A DNA stretch of 64,000 bases, from assembly GCA_951406725.2 (NCBI GenBank), contig OX597816.1, forward strand, positions 39,804,001 to 39,868,000, read 5' to 3'. The position numbers and the translations under genes were made by a program. Each line of letters begins with the position of its first letter. Within the stretch, counting starts at the first letter, position 1. Under the pieces are notes generated by a model that saw nothing but the letters and a program-made list of their open reading frames with translations, did no database searches and had not been told where the DNA came from. This DNA is from Octopus vulgaris. Taxonomy: Eukaryota. Positions 41,595-53,764 of the stretch are shown in pieces.

Positions 41595-41749
41595 GTTATA
41601 TAACAGGCATCATGGTGAAATACCGAATTACTGCATTCAGGCGACAGAATTCTTCAAATAACTTACAAAATATATTCAAGAAGAATCCGTTTGGATATAA
41701 CTATATTCGATAAGAAGAAATAGATTAATTTATCAGTGAATACTTCACA

Positions 41750-42745
41750 ATGAAAGAACATACAAATTTATCTTCAAATTTTACTTTGATAGATAAACCG
41801 AATCAGATCCTTGAGATTGCTGGAACTTTACATATATATGCGTTGCCCGTCCTAATAGCCTTTGGAATCCCAAGCAATTTGCTGTCTCTGGTTGTTTTCA
41901 CATGTAGCACAGCCATGAATAAGCTTCCATCCAGTACATATATGGCAGCACTTGCTCTATCAGATTCAGGCTTTCTTTCAATTCTCTTATGCATCTGGCT
42001 GCAACAAATGAAAATACAAGAATATGTCACACAGTTGTGGTGTCAAGTAATTGTTTTTGGTGCGTATATATTTGGCTTTTTGTCGGTTTGGTTCACAGTT
42101 TTATTTACAATAGAACGATACAAAGTAATATGCTATCCCTTGAAAGCAACACAGATTTGTTCTAAACGGAGGGCTCGATTATCTACTCTTATAATCTGTA
42201 TAATCGCCATGTTTCTGTATTTTTCCAGTTTTTGGACGACCATCAATCACCAAGGAGAATGCACATTTCGTGAAGAACTGTTCATATTACTTACAATAAT
42301 AACTTACGTCGATACTATAATTACGTTTTTAATACCATTCTTAGCCATTGTTTTTATGAATATAAGAATAATCTTCGCTGTGCGCGCGTTAAAAAAGCGC
42401 ATCAATTGGCTACAGGAATCTCAGCCTCACGAAAAGATCCAAAATTTGTTGTCAAAAACACAAATGAAGCTGACCAAGTCGTTGGTAATCGTTTCAAGCG
42501 TTTTCTTAATGTTAGTCCTTCCCAGCCATTTTACGAGATTTTATTTTCTAATTTTCACCCATTTTTTATCTTCTGATTTAAAATTAACTTTGCAAACTGC
42601 TCAGTACATCTTGCAATTTCCTTACTATTTAACATTTGGCATCAACTTCCTTCTTTACACTTGTACAAGTTATATGTTCCGACAAGGTCTTTTGGAAATT
42701 TATCGAAATATTAAAGAGAAAGTTCGATCGATAAAGTTTAAATGA
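41750..42745 (+). CDS. Class A (rhodopsin-like) GPCR, 331 aa, FMRFamide/sex-peptide-receptor-like orphan peptide receptor group; coding region uninterrupted
   Basis: Seven hydrophobic segments. TM1 GIPSN, TM2 LALSD, TM3 Cys and TIERY..ICYP, ECL2 Cys (GECT), TM5 FLIPF, TM6 VLP, TM7 INFLLY (NPxxY variant typical of this invertebrate group). N-terminal N-glycosylation sequons NLS and NFT. Splice acceptor upstream at 41594 and AATAAA at 42917. Confidence 0.93.
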   Translation: MKEHTNLSSNFTLIDKPNQILEIAGTLHIYALPVLIAFGIPSNLLSLVVFTCSTAMNKLPSSTYMAALALSDSGFLSILLCIWLQQMKIQEYVTQLWCQVIVFGAYIFGFLSVWFTVLFTIERYKVICYPLKATQICSKRRARLSTLIICIIAMFLYFSSFWTTINHQGECTFREELFILLTIITYVDTIITFLIPFLAIVFMNIRIIFAVRALKKRINWLQESQPHEKIQNLLSKTQMKLTKSLVIVSSVFLMLVLPSHFTRFYFLIFTHFLSSDLKLTLQTAQYILQFPYYLTFGINFLLYTCTSYMFRQGLLEIYRNIKEKVRSIKFK

Positions 42746-42954
42746 ATTTGCGGAGGAATACAAAATATCGTCATTTTTTAATTATTTTTCAAGAAACAAG
42801 CTGCTAATATAATCGACCATATGTGTACATTAACTGTTTACTTTTTTAAATTAAAATTTGTGTCACTATTATTGCCTAGTCCAAGATGTATTTTATGGAT
42901 ATAGTGACAGCACAACAATAAATCCGATTATTCACTATATACCCATACACCTGT

Positions 42955-42974
42955 ATATCTATCTATCTGTCTAT

Positions 42975-43046
<72 letters not shown>

Positions 43047-43510
43047 TAGTCTGCCTGTCTTTTTGTCTGTCTGTCTGTCTGTATGTATGTATGTATGTAT
43101 GTATGTATGTATGTATGTATGTATGTATGTATACACACACATGTGTGTATACATATAAGCACAAAATGTTGCTTAAAACACACACACACACACATATATA
43201 TATATATTTATATATATATATATTACTCCTTTGTCGTCCTTCTGTGTAATGTTTTAATCCATACACACACGTGTGTGTGTGTATGTATGTATGTATGTAT
43301 GTATGTATGTATGTATGCATGTATGTATGTATGTATGTATGTATGTATGTATGTATGTATGTTTGTATGTATGTATGTATATTCATGGGTTTAAAAAGCT
43401 GCACAAAAGACGACAAACGAGTACAAGGAAGATCACACACAAGAATTTGGATATACTCATCCCACGTCAGTTTTCGTTCAAGAATCATAACAATTTCGCA
43501 CCTGTAATGA

Positions 43511-43561
<51 letters not shown>

Positions 43562-43621
43562 TATACATATAGATATATAGATATAAATATATAAATATAT
43601 ATATATAAATACATACATACA

Positions 43622-43657
<36 letters not shown>

Positions 43658-44007
43658 TAATTTAAATAACGAGGGAGATGAATTGAATATTAATTTAATT
43701 AATATCAATTTAAAACCAGTAGCCTAGCATATATAAAAAAAATCTGAAAAATCAGAAAAAATTTCAATATATGTGTATATTTATCCCTAAATATATACAT
43801 ACATACATACATACATACATAAATACATACATACATACATGCATAAATACATACATACATACATACATGCATACATACATACATACATACATGCATACAT
43901 ACATACATACATATATACATACATGCATACATACATACATACATACATACATACATACATACATACATACATACATACATACATACATACATACATACAT
44001 ACATACA

Positions 44008-44043
<36 letters not shown>

Positions 44044-44050
44044 TATATAT
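42955..44050. repeat. Compound microsatellite block (TATC)n/(GTAT)n/(TA)n/(CATA)n just 3' of the GPCR
   Basis: Direct reading; accounts for the MYVC/IHTY ORFs. Confidence 0.95.
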
Positions 44051-44221
44051 AATATTAATTAGAGACAAAATCACTATTTTGCAAATCAAACAAAGAAAGA
44101 CTTAATCCAATACATAAAAAAATTTGAATATAAATTAAATAAAAATATATTCGCCACTACAATTGTTTCATGTCTCTTCTCAGGACATTCATAACTTAAA
44201 ATAAAATAGAAGATCTGAAAT

Positions 44222-44267
44222 CCACCTGATGAATGTCCTGAGAAGAGACATGAAACAATTGTAGTGG
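44222..44267 (+). ncRNA. Type I hammerhead ribozyme, intact core
   Basis: CCAC-CTGATGA-ATGTC(ctgagaaga)GACAT-GAAA-C(AATT)G-TA-GTGG. Stems I and II pair fully; stem III is short and palindromic; GUA cleavage triplet ends at 44263. Confidence 0.88.
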
Positions 44268-44449
44268 CGAATATATTTTTATTTAATTTATATTAAAATT
44301 TTTATGTATTGGATTAAGTCTTTCTTCGTTTGATTTGCAAAATAGTGGTTTTATCTCTAATTAATATTATATAATATTTTACTATAAAATTGGATTCAAT
44401 CCTAAATCTGATTTTCCCTGTAAATTTGGATTTATTCCCTAATATTTAT

Positions 44450-44494
<45 letters not shown>

Positions 44495-44592
44495 ATCCAA
44501 ACATGAAAACACAAAGAGAAAACACAACAACGCGAGGACGTGGAACAAGTATAGTATTATTGGACACCCAGGAAAGGAAAGAAAGAAGGAGG

Positions 44593-44627
44593 GTTTAACG
44601 TTTCGAGCGGAGTTCTTCGTCAGAAAC
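44593..44627 (-). ncRNA. Minimal type I hammerhead motif
   Basis: Minus strand: GTTT-CTGACGA-A-GAaC(tcc)GCTC-GAAA-CG-TT-AAAC, inside a ~210-bp cassette (44491-44700) flanked by (TA)n. Confidence 0.65.
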
Positions 44628-44715
44628 ATAGGAAAAGGAAAGATCCAAGGAAGGGAAGACGGAGGAAAAAAATCGCCAACGATACACACGCGGTCACATG
44701 TTATATATATATATA

Positions 44716-45275
44716 CATGAGGTATGATGAAAAAGTATCGGGACTGGTATAAAAAAAGAAAACTACGGCACCTCAATATTCAGCATTTATTCTCCTTCGA
44801 AGTAACCCCATGAAGCCTCACACATTATCTAGTGTCATTTCCATTAAGGGAAGCATTTCTGGAACTCCCTTTTCTGGTGATAACGAGCATCTACTTTGTC
44901 GAATGCTCTTGGATTTCCTCGACGACTTAAAATCTTGTTCCTTTCAAGTGAGGTTTCATTTTTGGAAAGCTCCTTAGCCGTAATAACTATCAAACCATGT
45001 CTCTTTGCATGTACACGCGCGCACTCTCTATCTCTCTCCCCTCCCCCGCCCACATATTTTCTCTGCTAGGGTCACTGATGGAAGCTCCGTGGTGAGGTGA
45101 GACGGCCACAATCTACACCCTTTACTTCGAAGCACTGCTATAAAAACTGCGAAAGTTAGCAAGAACTTAGTGTGCATGCGCGATAGTGTTCAAAGTCAAT
45201 CTGTGCCAAGCGGCTTAACTCTATGTACTTTCGTTCCATTGCCATAGCAACAGTCCCGATACCTTTTGATCAGAT

Positions 45276-45281
<6 letters not shown>
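44716..45281. mobile_element. Mariner-like non-autonomous element
   Basis: 31-bp imperfect TIRs catgaggtatgatgaaaaagtatcgggactg / cagtcccgataccttttgatcagatctcgtg. Confidence 0.75.
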
Positions 45282-45358
<77 letters not shown>

Positions 45359-45413
45359 ATGTGTGTGTATGGATGTGTGTGTATGGATGTGTGTGCGTTT
45401 ATATATATGATGC

Positions 45414-45459
<46 letters not shown>

Positions 45460-45550
45460 TATGTATATATATATGATGTGTGTATGTATATATATATATA
45501 TGATGTATGTATATATATATATATATACACACACACACATATGATGTATG

Positions 45551-45626
<76 letters not shown>

Positions 45627-46447
45627 TTACATATATATATACATACATACATTTATATATATATATGTGTGTATATATGTATGTATGTATGTATATAAAT
45701 CAACGTATGTATATCTAGTCTGTTGCCTCGCCTACCTGAAATGATGTCTTTCTTCTGGATATATAACATGTACCAGTAATATGCTGCTTGATTCTGTCAC
45801 CTATGTTCATTCTGTATATAATTTGAATCTTCTCTTATCAAAAGGCGTACATACTACCGTGTATTGTAATTATTTACGTATCTATTACATAATTATACAT
45901 ATGTTATATTCTGCATTGCTTTATTTTCTGCTGTCTTAGGACACATTTTTATGTCTGCTTGCAAATATATTAGCAATAAATGTATAAATAAAATGAATTT
46001 TCTGAAAAATATTATATATTTCGTTAATGTTCATTTGATTTTAAATGCCTTCTTTAAATTTGCAGCTCGTAAACTTGTACGTATTTTCTTACATAATGTA
46101 AAAGCCATGTTGTTCGCTTAAAGGAATATCTTTTTATGACGGGTATTATAATGTTATTTCTTCTTGTTCCTTCAATCTGTCTGTTTTCGTCCGTGTGTTA
46201 CGCCTAGGGAGTTAGTAAGTTGAATGGCGGAGGCTGTATACAGGGGAGACGAAGAGGGAAATATAAAGAGGGGAATCAGTGAAAAAATAGAAAGACAAAA
46301 TACGCGGGAAAGAGAGAGGGGAGATGGAAAGGTTTATATTATTCTGCATTTGTGTGTTCAAAGCGGGGGCACAATCGAAATGTTTAACATAATGAAACAA
46401 TGAAGATCTGTAAATGTATGCATTAAAAGATGTATTAATAGATAGTT

Positions 46448-46830
46448 GTGGAAGTGCAATGGCCCAGTGGTTAGGGCAGCGGACTCGCGGTCGTAGGATC
46501 GCGGTTTCTATTCCCAGACCGGGCGTTGTGAGTGTTTATTGAGCGAAAACACCTAAAGCTCCACGAGGCTCCGGCAGGGATGGTGGTGATCCCTGCTGTA
46601 CTCTTTCACCACAAACTTTCTCTCACTCTTACTTCCTGTTTCTGTTGTACCTGTATTTCAAAGGGCCGGCCTTGTCACTCTCTGTGTCACGCTGAATATC
46701 CCCGAGAACTACGTTAAGGGTACACGTGTCTGTGGAGTGCTCAGCCACTTACACGTTAATTTCACGAGCAGGCTGTTCCGCTGATCGGATCAACCGGAAC
46801 CCTCGTCGTCGTAACCGACGGAGTGCTTCC
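46448..46830 (+). mobile_element. SINE family B
   Basis: TSD aatagatagtt. Confidence 0.9.
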
Positions 46831-47084
46831 ATCCAATAGATAGTTAAATTAAAGTGAAATTACCTTAGTTAGCAAATAGCTGTGGATGTTACACTTTTAA
46901 CTTTTAAGAGTTATTAGGTTTAACTGCTTATCGGTATCATGAGAACAACCAGATACATACACCGGCAGAAAGGAGAGTAGATATAATTGATAATTAGATG
47001 GGCAGGTAGACAGAAAGACAGAAAGACAGACAGACATAGATAGATAGATAGATAGATAGATGATAGATAGATAGATAGATAGAT

Positions 47085-47127
<43 letters not shown>

Positions 47128-47703
47128 TTCTTTACTACCCACAAGGGGCTAAACACAGAGGGGACAAACAAGGACAGACAAAGGGATTAAGTCGACTACA
47201 TCGACCCCAGTGCGTAACTGGTACTTAATTTATCGACCCCGAAAGGATGAAAGGCAAAGTCGACCTCGGCGGAATTTGAACTCGGAACGTAACGACAGAC
47301 GAAATACGGCTACGAATTTCGCCCGGCGTGCTAACGTTTCTACCAGCTCGCCGCCTTATATACCGGAGTATCGTGGAGCTGTAAGTGAAGATAGATAGAT
47401 AGATAGATAGATAGACAGATGATAGATAGATATGTGAGTTTACCCATATCTCAATAGATATGCAAACAGAGAGATATATTAATAGATATACAAATAGATT
47501 GGTGAACTGAACTGAAATGAAAATAATCTCCATTGGCAAATAACTTGAACTGAGCCTTGGTGGTAGTTAGATAGCGAAAAGGGCTTTATCTTTTCACATC
47601 ATCTCTATTTCCTTAAACTATAAAGTACACAATATTTGTCAAACACATTAAAAGAAGGTAGATAAGCAATACCTTTTAAGTTCCTTTCAATTATATTTAA
47701 AAG

Positions 47704-48200
47704 TTGTTGTTGTGACCCCCTTCGGTCACGATTGACCATGGGATGGCACCTGGAAAGTTACCTTCCCAGGCAGAGGTCTGAGCAAGGTTGTTTATGGAAG
47801 ACCAGCAGTCGCCCACGCATGCTAGCCTCCCCTCTTCACGCCACCGATGTTATCCAAGGGAAAGGCAAAGGCCGATACAGCTTGGCACCAGTGACGTCGC
47901 AGCTCATTTATTAACGTGCAAGTGGCTGAGCACTCCACAGACACATGTAACCTTAACGGGGAGATTCAGCGTGACACAGGGTGTGACAAGGCTGGTTCTT
48001 TGAAATACAGGTACAACAGAAACAGGAAGAAAGAGTGAGAGAAAGTTGTGGTGAAAGAGTATAGCAGGGTTCACCACCACCCCCTGTCGGAGTATCGTGG
48101 AGCTGTGAGTGTTTTCGCTCAATAAACATTCACAATGCCCGGTCTGGGAATCGAAACCGCGATCCGACGACCACGAGTCCGCTGCCCTAACCACTGGGCC
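47704..48200 (-). mobile_element. SINE family B with ~200-bp (CAA)n-ending tail
   Basis: Same body/tail junction (gctcatttattaacgtgcaagtggctgagc) as the truncated copy at 8058-8363. Confidence 0.85.
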
Positions 48201-48807
48201 AAGTACAGTTTTGATTAAATGGCAGGATTTCAAAAGAACGTAGTGCTTAATATATTAACGTAGTGTTTTCAAATATACTGACTTATACGGTGGGATTTCC
48301 TCGGGTCCTGCTAGTAAAGAAATGCTTGTGGAATTGCAGTCGGATATTCGTAACATAGTGAATAATGAACGGAGGAGGCTACCAGGATTTCTACTCTGAG
48401 ATCACTTTAAAATTTGCTACTTGTATCTGTGTAAGCAAGCTTCCTTTAAGCGCGTATACACATGCACGTTTGTCTTCGGTAGTAGATTTTTAAACCATAA
48501 TGTTCTCTTCTCTTTTTTTTTTTGCACAAGTGTGGGTCTTATGCCTGTTGGAGTGAAGGTAGGACAACTGTTGTACGGATGACGCCTAAAGGGACAGAAA
48601 CGACTGTCCATCGTCACCGTTGTCGTATTTTTACTATTTCATAAAAAAGAAACACTAGTTTCCTCAGTGGAATGTCTATTCTGAACAATCTTGATCCTTG
48701 AGATCCTCTCGCCTTATTCGGAGTCAGCTGCGATTGGAAGCCGTCGTTTGTATACCGGATCCTGAAGCAAAGATAATTTCAATAATTTAAGACTTTATCT
48801 TGTACAG

Positions 48808-48840
<33 letters not shown>

Positions 48841-49305
48841 ATAAAATATTAGGGAATAAATCCAAACTTACAGGGAAAAATCAGATTTAGGATTAAATCC
48901 AATTTTATAGTAAAATATTATATTATATTAAATTAGAGATAAAACCACTATTAGGCAAATCAAACAATGAAAAACATAAGCCAATACATAAAATTAATTA
49001 ATTTATATTATTTAAATATATATCAAAAGTATTAAAAGTTTAATAAAAGATAACGAGTAAAACACTACGATCGTTTCATAGCTGTCCAATTCGTAATAAT
49101 TGACCGTAACCATAACTCGAATTATTACGAATTGGACAGCCATGAAACGATCGTAGTGTTTTACTCGTTATCTTTTATTAAACTTTTAATACTTTTGATA
49201 TATATTTAAATAATATAAATTAATTAATTTTATGTATTGGCTTATGTAATTTTCCATTGTTTGATTTGCCCTAATAAGTGGTGTATAGTTTTTATCTCTA
49301 ATTTA

Positions 49306-49357
<52 letters not shown>

Positions 49358-49406
49358 TATCTCTATTTAAATAATATAATATATATATTATATATATATA
49401 TATATG

Positions 49407-49455
<49 letters not shown>

Positions 49456-51275
49456 TATTTATTGGAAAATTTTAAAATCAAAGATCAAAACTATAAATTC
49501 AAAAAGGTCTTTACTCGAGTTAAATATAGCTGTAGAGCAAGTAGCTGTATTTTACAGATTTATTGTTTTAGCAAAGAAACTCCGCTTACACTAAGTCAAC
49601 AGCTCATCTAGAGGTGAGTTGTTGATCTAGTGTAAGCGGAGTCGCTTTGCTAAAACGTTATCTATAAAATACAACGTTCTATATTTATTTGTATATTTAA
49701 ATCGTTTCTAACGATGGAGCCCAAAGTAGATAATGGTATAAATAATAGCTTGTAAACATTGGGTTAAAAACCCCTTGGATGCAAAAAGTGAAAGGCAGCC
49801 TTCAACTTTTTTCCATCCAAGGAAGGCTATTATTTATAGCCTTATCTACTTCTAGTTCCACTGTTAAAAGCAATTCATTTTCATGTCTCTCGAGGTTTCT
49901 AAATTCTAATGCTGTAAACACGTATGTGTTTTACTTAACATGGATATACTGCAAAAATCCAGAAAACTGCTGTCTATTTGCGACAGCAGTGATTTTGTTA
50001 TTCACTGTTTTTCTGTATCTATTTCTTTACTACCCACAAGGCGCTAAACACAGAAAGGACAAACAAGGACAGACAAACGGATTAAGTCGATTATATCGAC
50101 CCCAGTGCGTAACTGGTACTTATTTAATCGACCCCAAAAGGATGAAAGGCAAAGTCGACCTCGGCAGAATTTGAACTCAGAACGTAACGGCAGACGAAAT
50201 ACGGCTACGCATTTCGCCCAGCGTGCTAACGCTTCTGCCAGCTCGCCGCCTGTTTTTCTATATCAATAGAGGCTACATTTGGCTAAGTATGTGGTCGCTA
50301 GTGGATTCATGCTATTGATGCCATTCAAAGAAGTCGCGAATAAGCGATTCCGCAGCTTGGCGCTTTTCGTCTGCTACTGACATGCTCCTATTATTTTTTT
50401 GTTTGTTCTTTTTTTTTTTTTTTTTGAGTACTATACCTCAATAGGAGTTTCTTTCTTGAGACAAATACCGCAGTTTTGTGGCTTTCTACAAAATACTCAA
50501 TTTGTGTAAAATATACAGAATTGTGTTTTGAACTAAAACTGCTTCCGTTGCTAATAACGGTTTTATGCATTTATTTATTTAAGCTAATTGATGAATTTAC
50601 AAACCGTAAAAAAAAAACCCCCGAAGAACACAGTAGAGCTAGAACTACTGATAGACAGTGAATAAATAAACGAATCGAGATAATTTATACTTGGTAAACA
50701 AGACATCCCCATAAGGGTAGGCAACTATACAAATTATCAAAAAGATGATCTCTGTGATGCAGATATATAAAGAAATAGTCTCACAGCTGAATTACTGTCG
50801 AGTGTTCGTAGTACAGCAATGTAGAAGAAGACATCATACATAAAAGAAAAATTATTGTCACGCCGAGTAGGAATGTTTAATTCTCTTTCATGTCCCTTTT
50901 ATTCCTGTGTATACATAGTTTAACAGAATAAACAACGAATTCTTTGTTGTTTCTGGTGATGTTGGATGTAGCGGTGTTGGTGTAGTGGTCATCTTCTGTT
51001 TCAAACAATATGTCTAGAACTGCAATATCTAGTTTATTCTGTATATAAATAAAATAACAGTATGGAGTGAGTTAATGCGAAATTTGACAGCATTTCGAAT
51101 AACCTCATCACCACCACTGTTATATATGTATTTATACATACATATGTATGTATGTATATATCTCTCTCTCTCACTCTTTCCCCCTCTTTCTCACTCTTCC
51201 CCCCTCTCACTCTTTCCCTCTCTCTCACTCTTTCCCTCTCTCTTTCACTCTTTCCCTCCCTTTCTTTCTCCCTAT

Positions 51276-51320
<45 letters not shown>

Positions 51321-51368
51321 GCATAAATGTGTGAATATATACATATATGCATACATATATATATTATA

Positions 51369-51405
<37 letters not shown>

Positions 51406-51539
51406 CATGTATATAGATGTGTGTGTGTGTATAAGTGTATGTGTGAGTGTGTGTGTGTGTTTGTGTGTGTGTAAAATAAAATGAGACAACAAAGCCAAAA
51501 CTTTGTGGAATTTTCAGGATATTTATAAAGAGAGAGTTA

Positions 51540-51588
51540 GTCTTGCAGCTGTTTCCCCTTATGTTAGGGATATCCCTTCGTCAGAGAC
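51540..51588 (-). ncRNA. Degenerate hammerhead downstream of a Penelope GIY-YIG fragment
   Basis: Minus strand: GTCT-CTGACGA-agggatatccctaacataaggg-GAAA-C(AGCT)G-CA-AGAC. U16.1 is C and stem II is disturbed; same strand as the 52127-52570 fragment. Confidence 0.55.
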
Positions 51589-52126
51589 GATGTAAGATGG
51601 GTACATAGTGAGAAATAGTAGAGTTCAATATAAAGAGTTATTTGGGAAAAGGATGGAGATGAGAAGTATAAAGGGAAATAAGAGAATAAACCTAAAAATA
51701 TATGTAGGATGTTATAAAGAAAGAAGTGTATATCGATATACGCACGCACACAAGTACATATATGTGTGTGCTTATGCATTATTATACAGGCATGTGTACT
51801 TGTGTATTTAAACCCAAACGCATGCATATATGTACACATACATACACATACATATACACGTACATACGTATACGTACATACGCATGCATGCGTACACATG
51901 CATATACAAACATACATATACATTCATGCCCATATATATATATATGCACACACGCTCATAACCGTAAATACATGCACATATACACGCACACACACACACG
52001 CAAACACACACATATACATATATGTACTCACATACATCCGCATACGTACACATATGCATGCCCATATGTGTAGAATTAAACATTTAAAAAATTAATGAAA
52101 AGCCAAATAGGTTTGTTGGGAATTAC

Positions 52127-52570
52127 CTAAGTGGTGTTCTGGATATGTGCTGTGTGGTTATTTAGGTTGCATTTAGATTTGTGGCAAAATTTGAAGGTAT
52201 GGGAAAAGCGGTGGTTACATGTACCTAGGGCCTCATTATTTAGTAGTAGTGAAGAGTTGTGTTTTAATATGTGGAATGCCTCTTTTAGGCATAACTTACA
52301 GTCTGAGCGTTGACCTTGGTTTGGAAGTTCTGGATCTATTATTGACCATGACAAGATGTAGGGAATATTTTTAGTTTTGAGATGATGTATGTGACTTGCG
52401 AGTGTTGTGGATTTACTGTGTTTCTCGTATCTAAAAGAATTGAGATGCGGAGCGTATCGTTGTTTAAAATTTATAGTTGATCCTATATATATGGTTTTAG
52501 AATTGTGTAACGTGTTGAGGACGGTGCATTTATAAATTACATTAGACCTTATGCAATGGTTTGTAGAGGG
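52127..52570 (-). mobile_element. Penelope-like element, GIY-YIG endonuclease 3' fragment
   Basis: Open frame: CIRSNVIYKCTV..KTIYIGSTINFKQRY..HLNSFRYEK..STTLASHIHHLK..LSWSII..CKLCLKEAFHIL..LLN..CNHR. Confidence 0.88.
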
Positions 52571-52599
52571 TAGATGGCCCTAGGACGGCAAGGTCCCAA

Positions 52600-53320
52600 T
52601 GATGAGCATTGGGACCTTGCAAGGAAACTCCGTAACCCTTTTCGCAATTATAGTGAACATGTGTCAACTTGGCAGTCCCCTACAGTTTCGGATGAAACAT
52701 CGTGAGGACATGGCTGAGGACTTAAAGTATACAGTTCAACAGGAAAACTGAGATATCAATATTCAGTTCTCTGAAACAATTTTTAACCAAGCACTGATTG
52801 AAACTGAGGATCAAGTTTTGGCCATGGGAGGCAAAAATTTGCAAGAGTCTGGCTCTGGACTGCCAAAAACAAACTGTCAAATTAGTGATTTAACTACAAG
52901 AGACATAGAAAGAGAGACAAATTATGCCATCACAGACTTGGTTGCATTTGTGAATAAACATGAACCTAAACTTCTTCCAGAACAACGCTGTGCATATGAT
53001 AAAATTAATTCGTTAGTCAGAGGAAAAAGCGGAGGAATTTTCTTTCTTGATGCTCCTGGTAGCACAGGTAAAACATTTGTAACAACTTTGCTTCTCTCCA
53101 AAGTAAGGCAACAAAAAAGAATTGCAGTTGCTATAGCATCGTCTGGCATTGCTGTCACCATTCTCTCAGGAGGATGAACAGCTCATTCTGCTTTCAGATT
53201 ACCGCTGAACCTGGTCACAAATGACAGTCCAAATTGTAACATAAGCAAAGGTTCAAGTTCAGCAGAAGTGTTGCGCCAATGACACCTTATCATTTGGGAC
53301 GAATGCACCATGTCACATAT
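52600..53320 (+). pseudogene. Helitron RepHel Pif1-helicase fragment
   Basis: FFLDAPGSTGKTF (motif I), VAIASSGIA..LSGG*TAHSAFRLPL (Ia/Ib), LIIWDECTMSH (II); in-frame stops. Confidence 0.9.
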
Positions 53321-53764
53321 ACAGGTACAATGAAAGCTCTTATGTGTGTGTGTGTTTTTGTGTTTGTCACCCCACGGCCCTGTAACTTAGCGGGTCGGCA
53401 AAAGATACCGATAAAATAAGTACCAGACTTTGAAAAATAAATCCTTGGTTCGATTTGTTCAACTAAAAAAACCCTTCAAAGTGGTGCCCCAGCATGGCCG
53501 CAGTCAAGTGATTGAAACATATAAATGATATGTGGGGTGTGTGCATGTGGGTGGAGGGCGACAAATACAAAGACATACGTATATGCATATCTATACACGG
53601 CGGGCCTCCCTAAATTTCCATCTCCCAAATTCACTCACAAAGCATTTGTAGGACCAGGCCTATAGTCGAAGACGCTTGTCCAAGGTGCCGCGCAGCGGGA
53701 GTGAACCCAAAATCACATGGCTGGAAAGTGAGTTTCTTAACCACTTAGCCATGCCTGCACCTAG

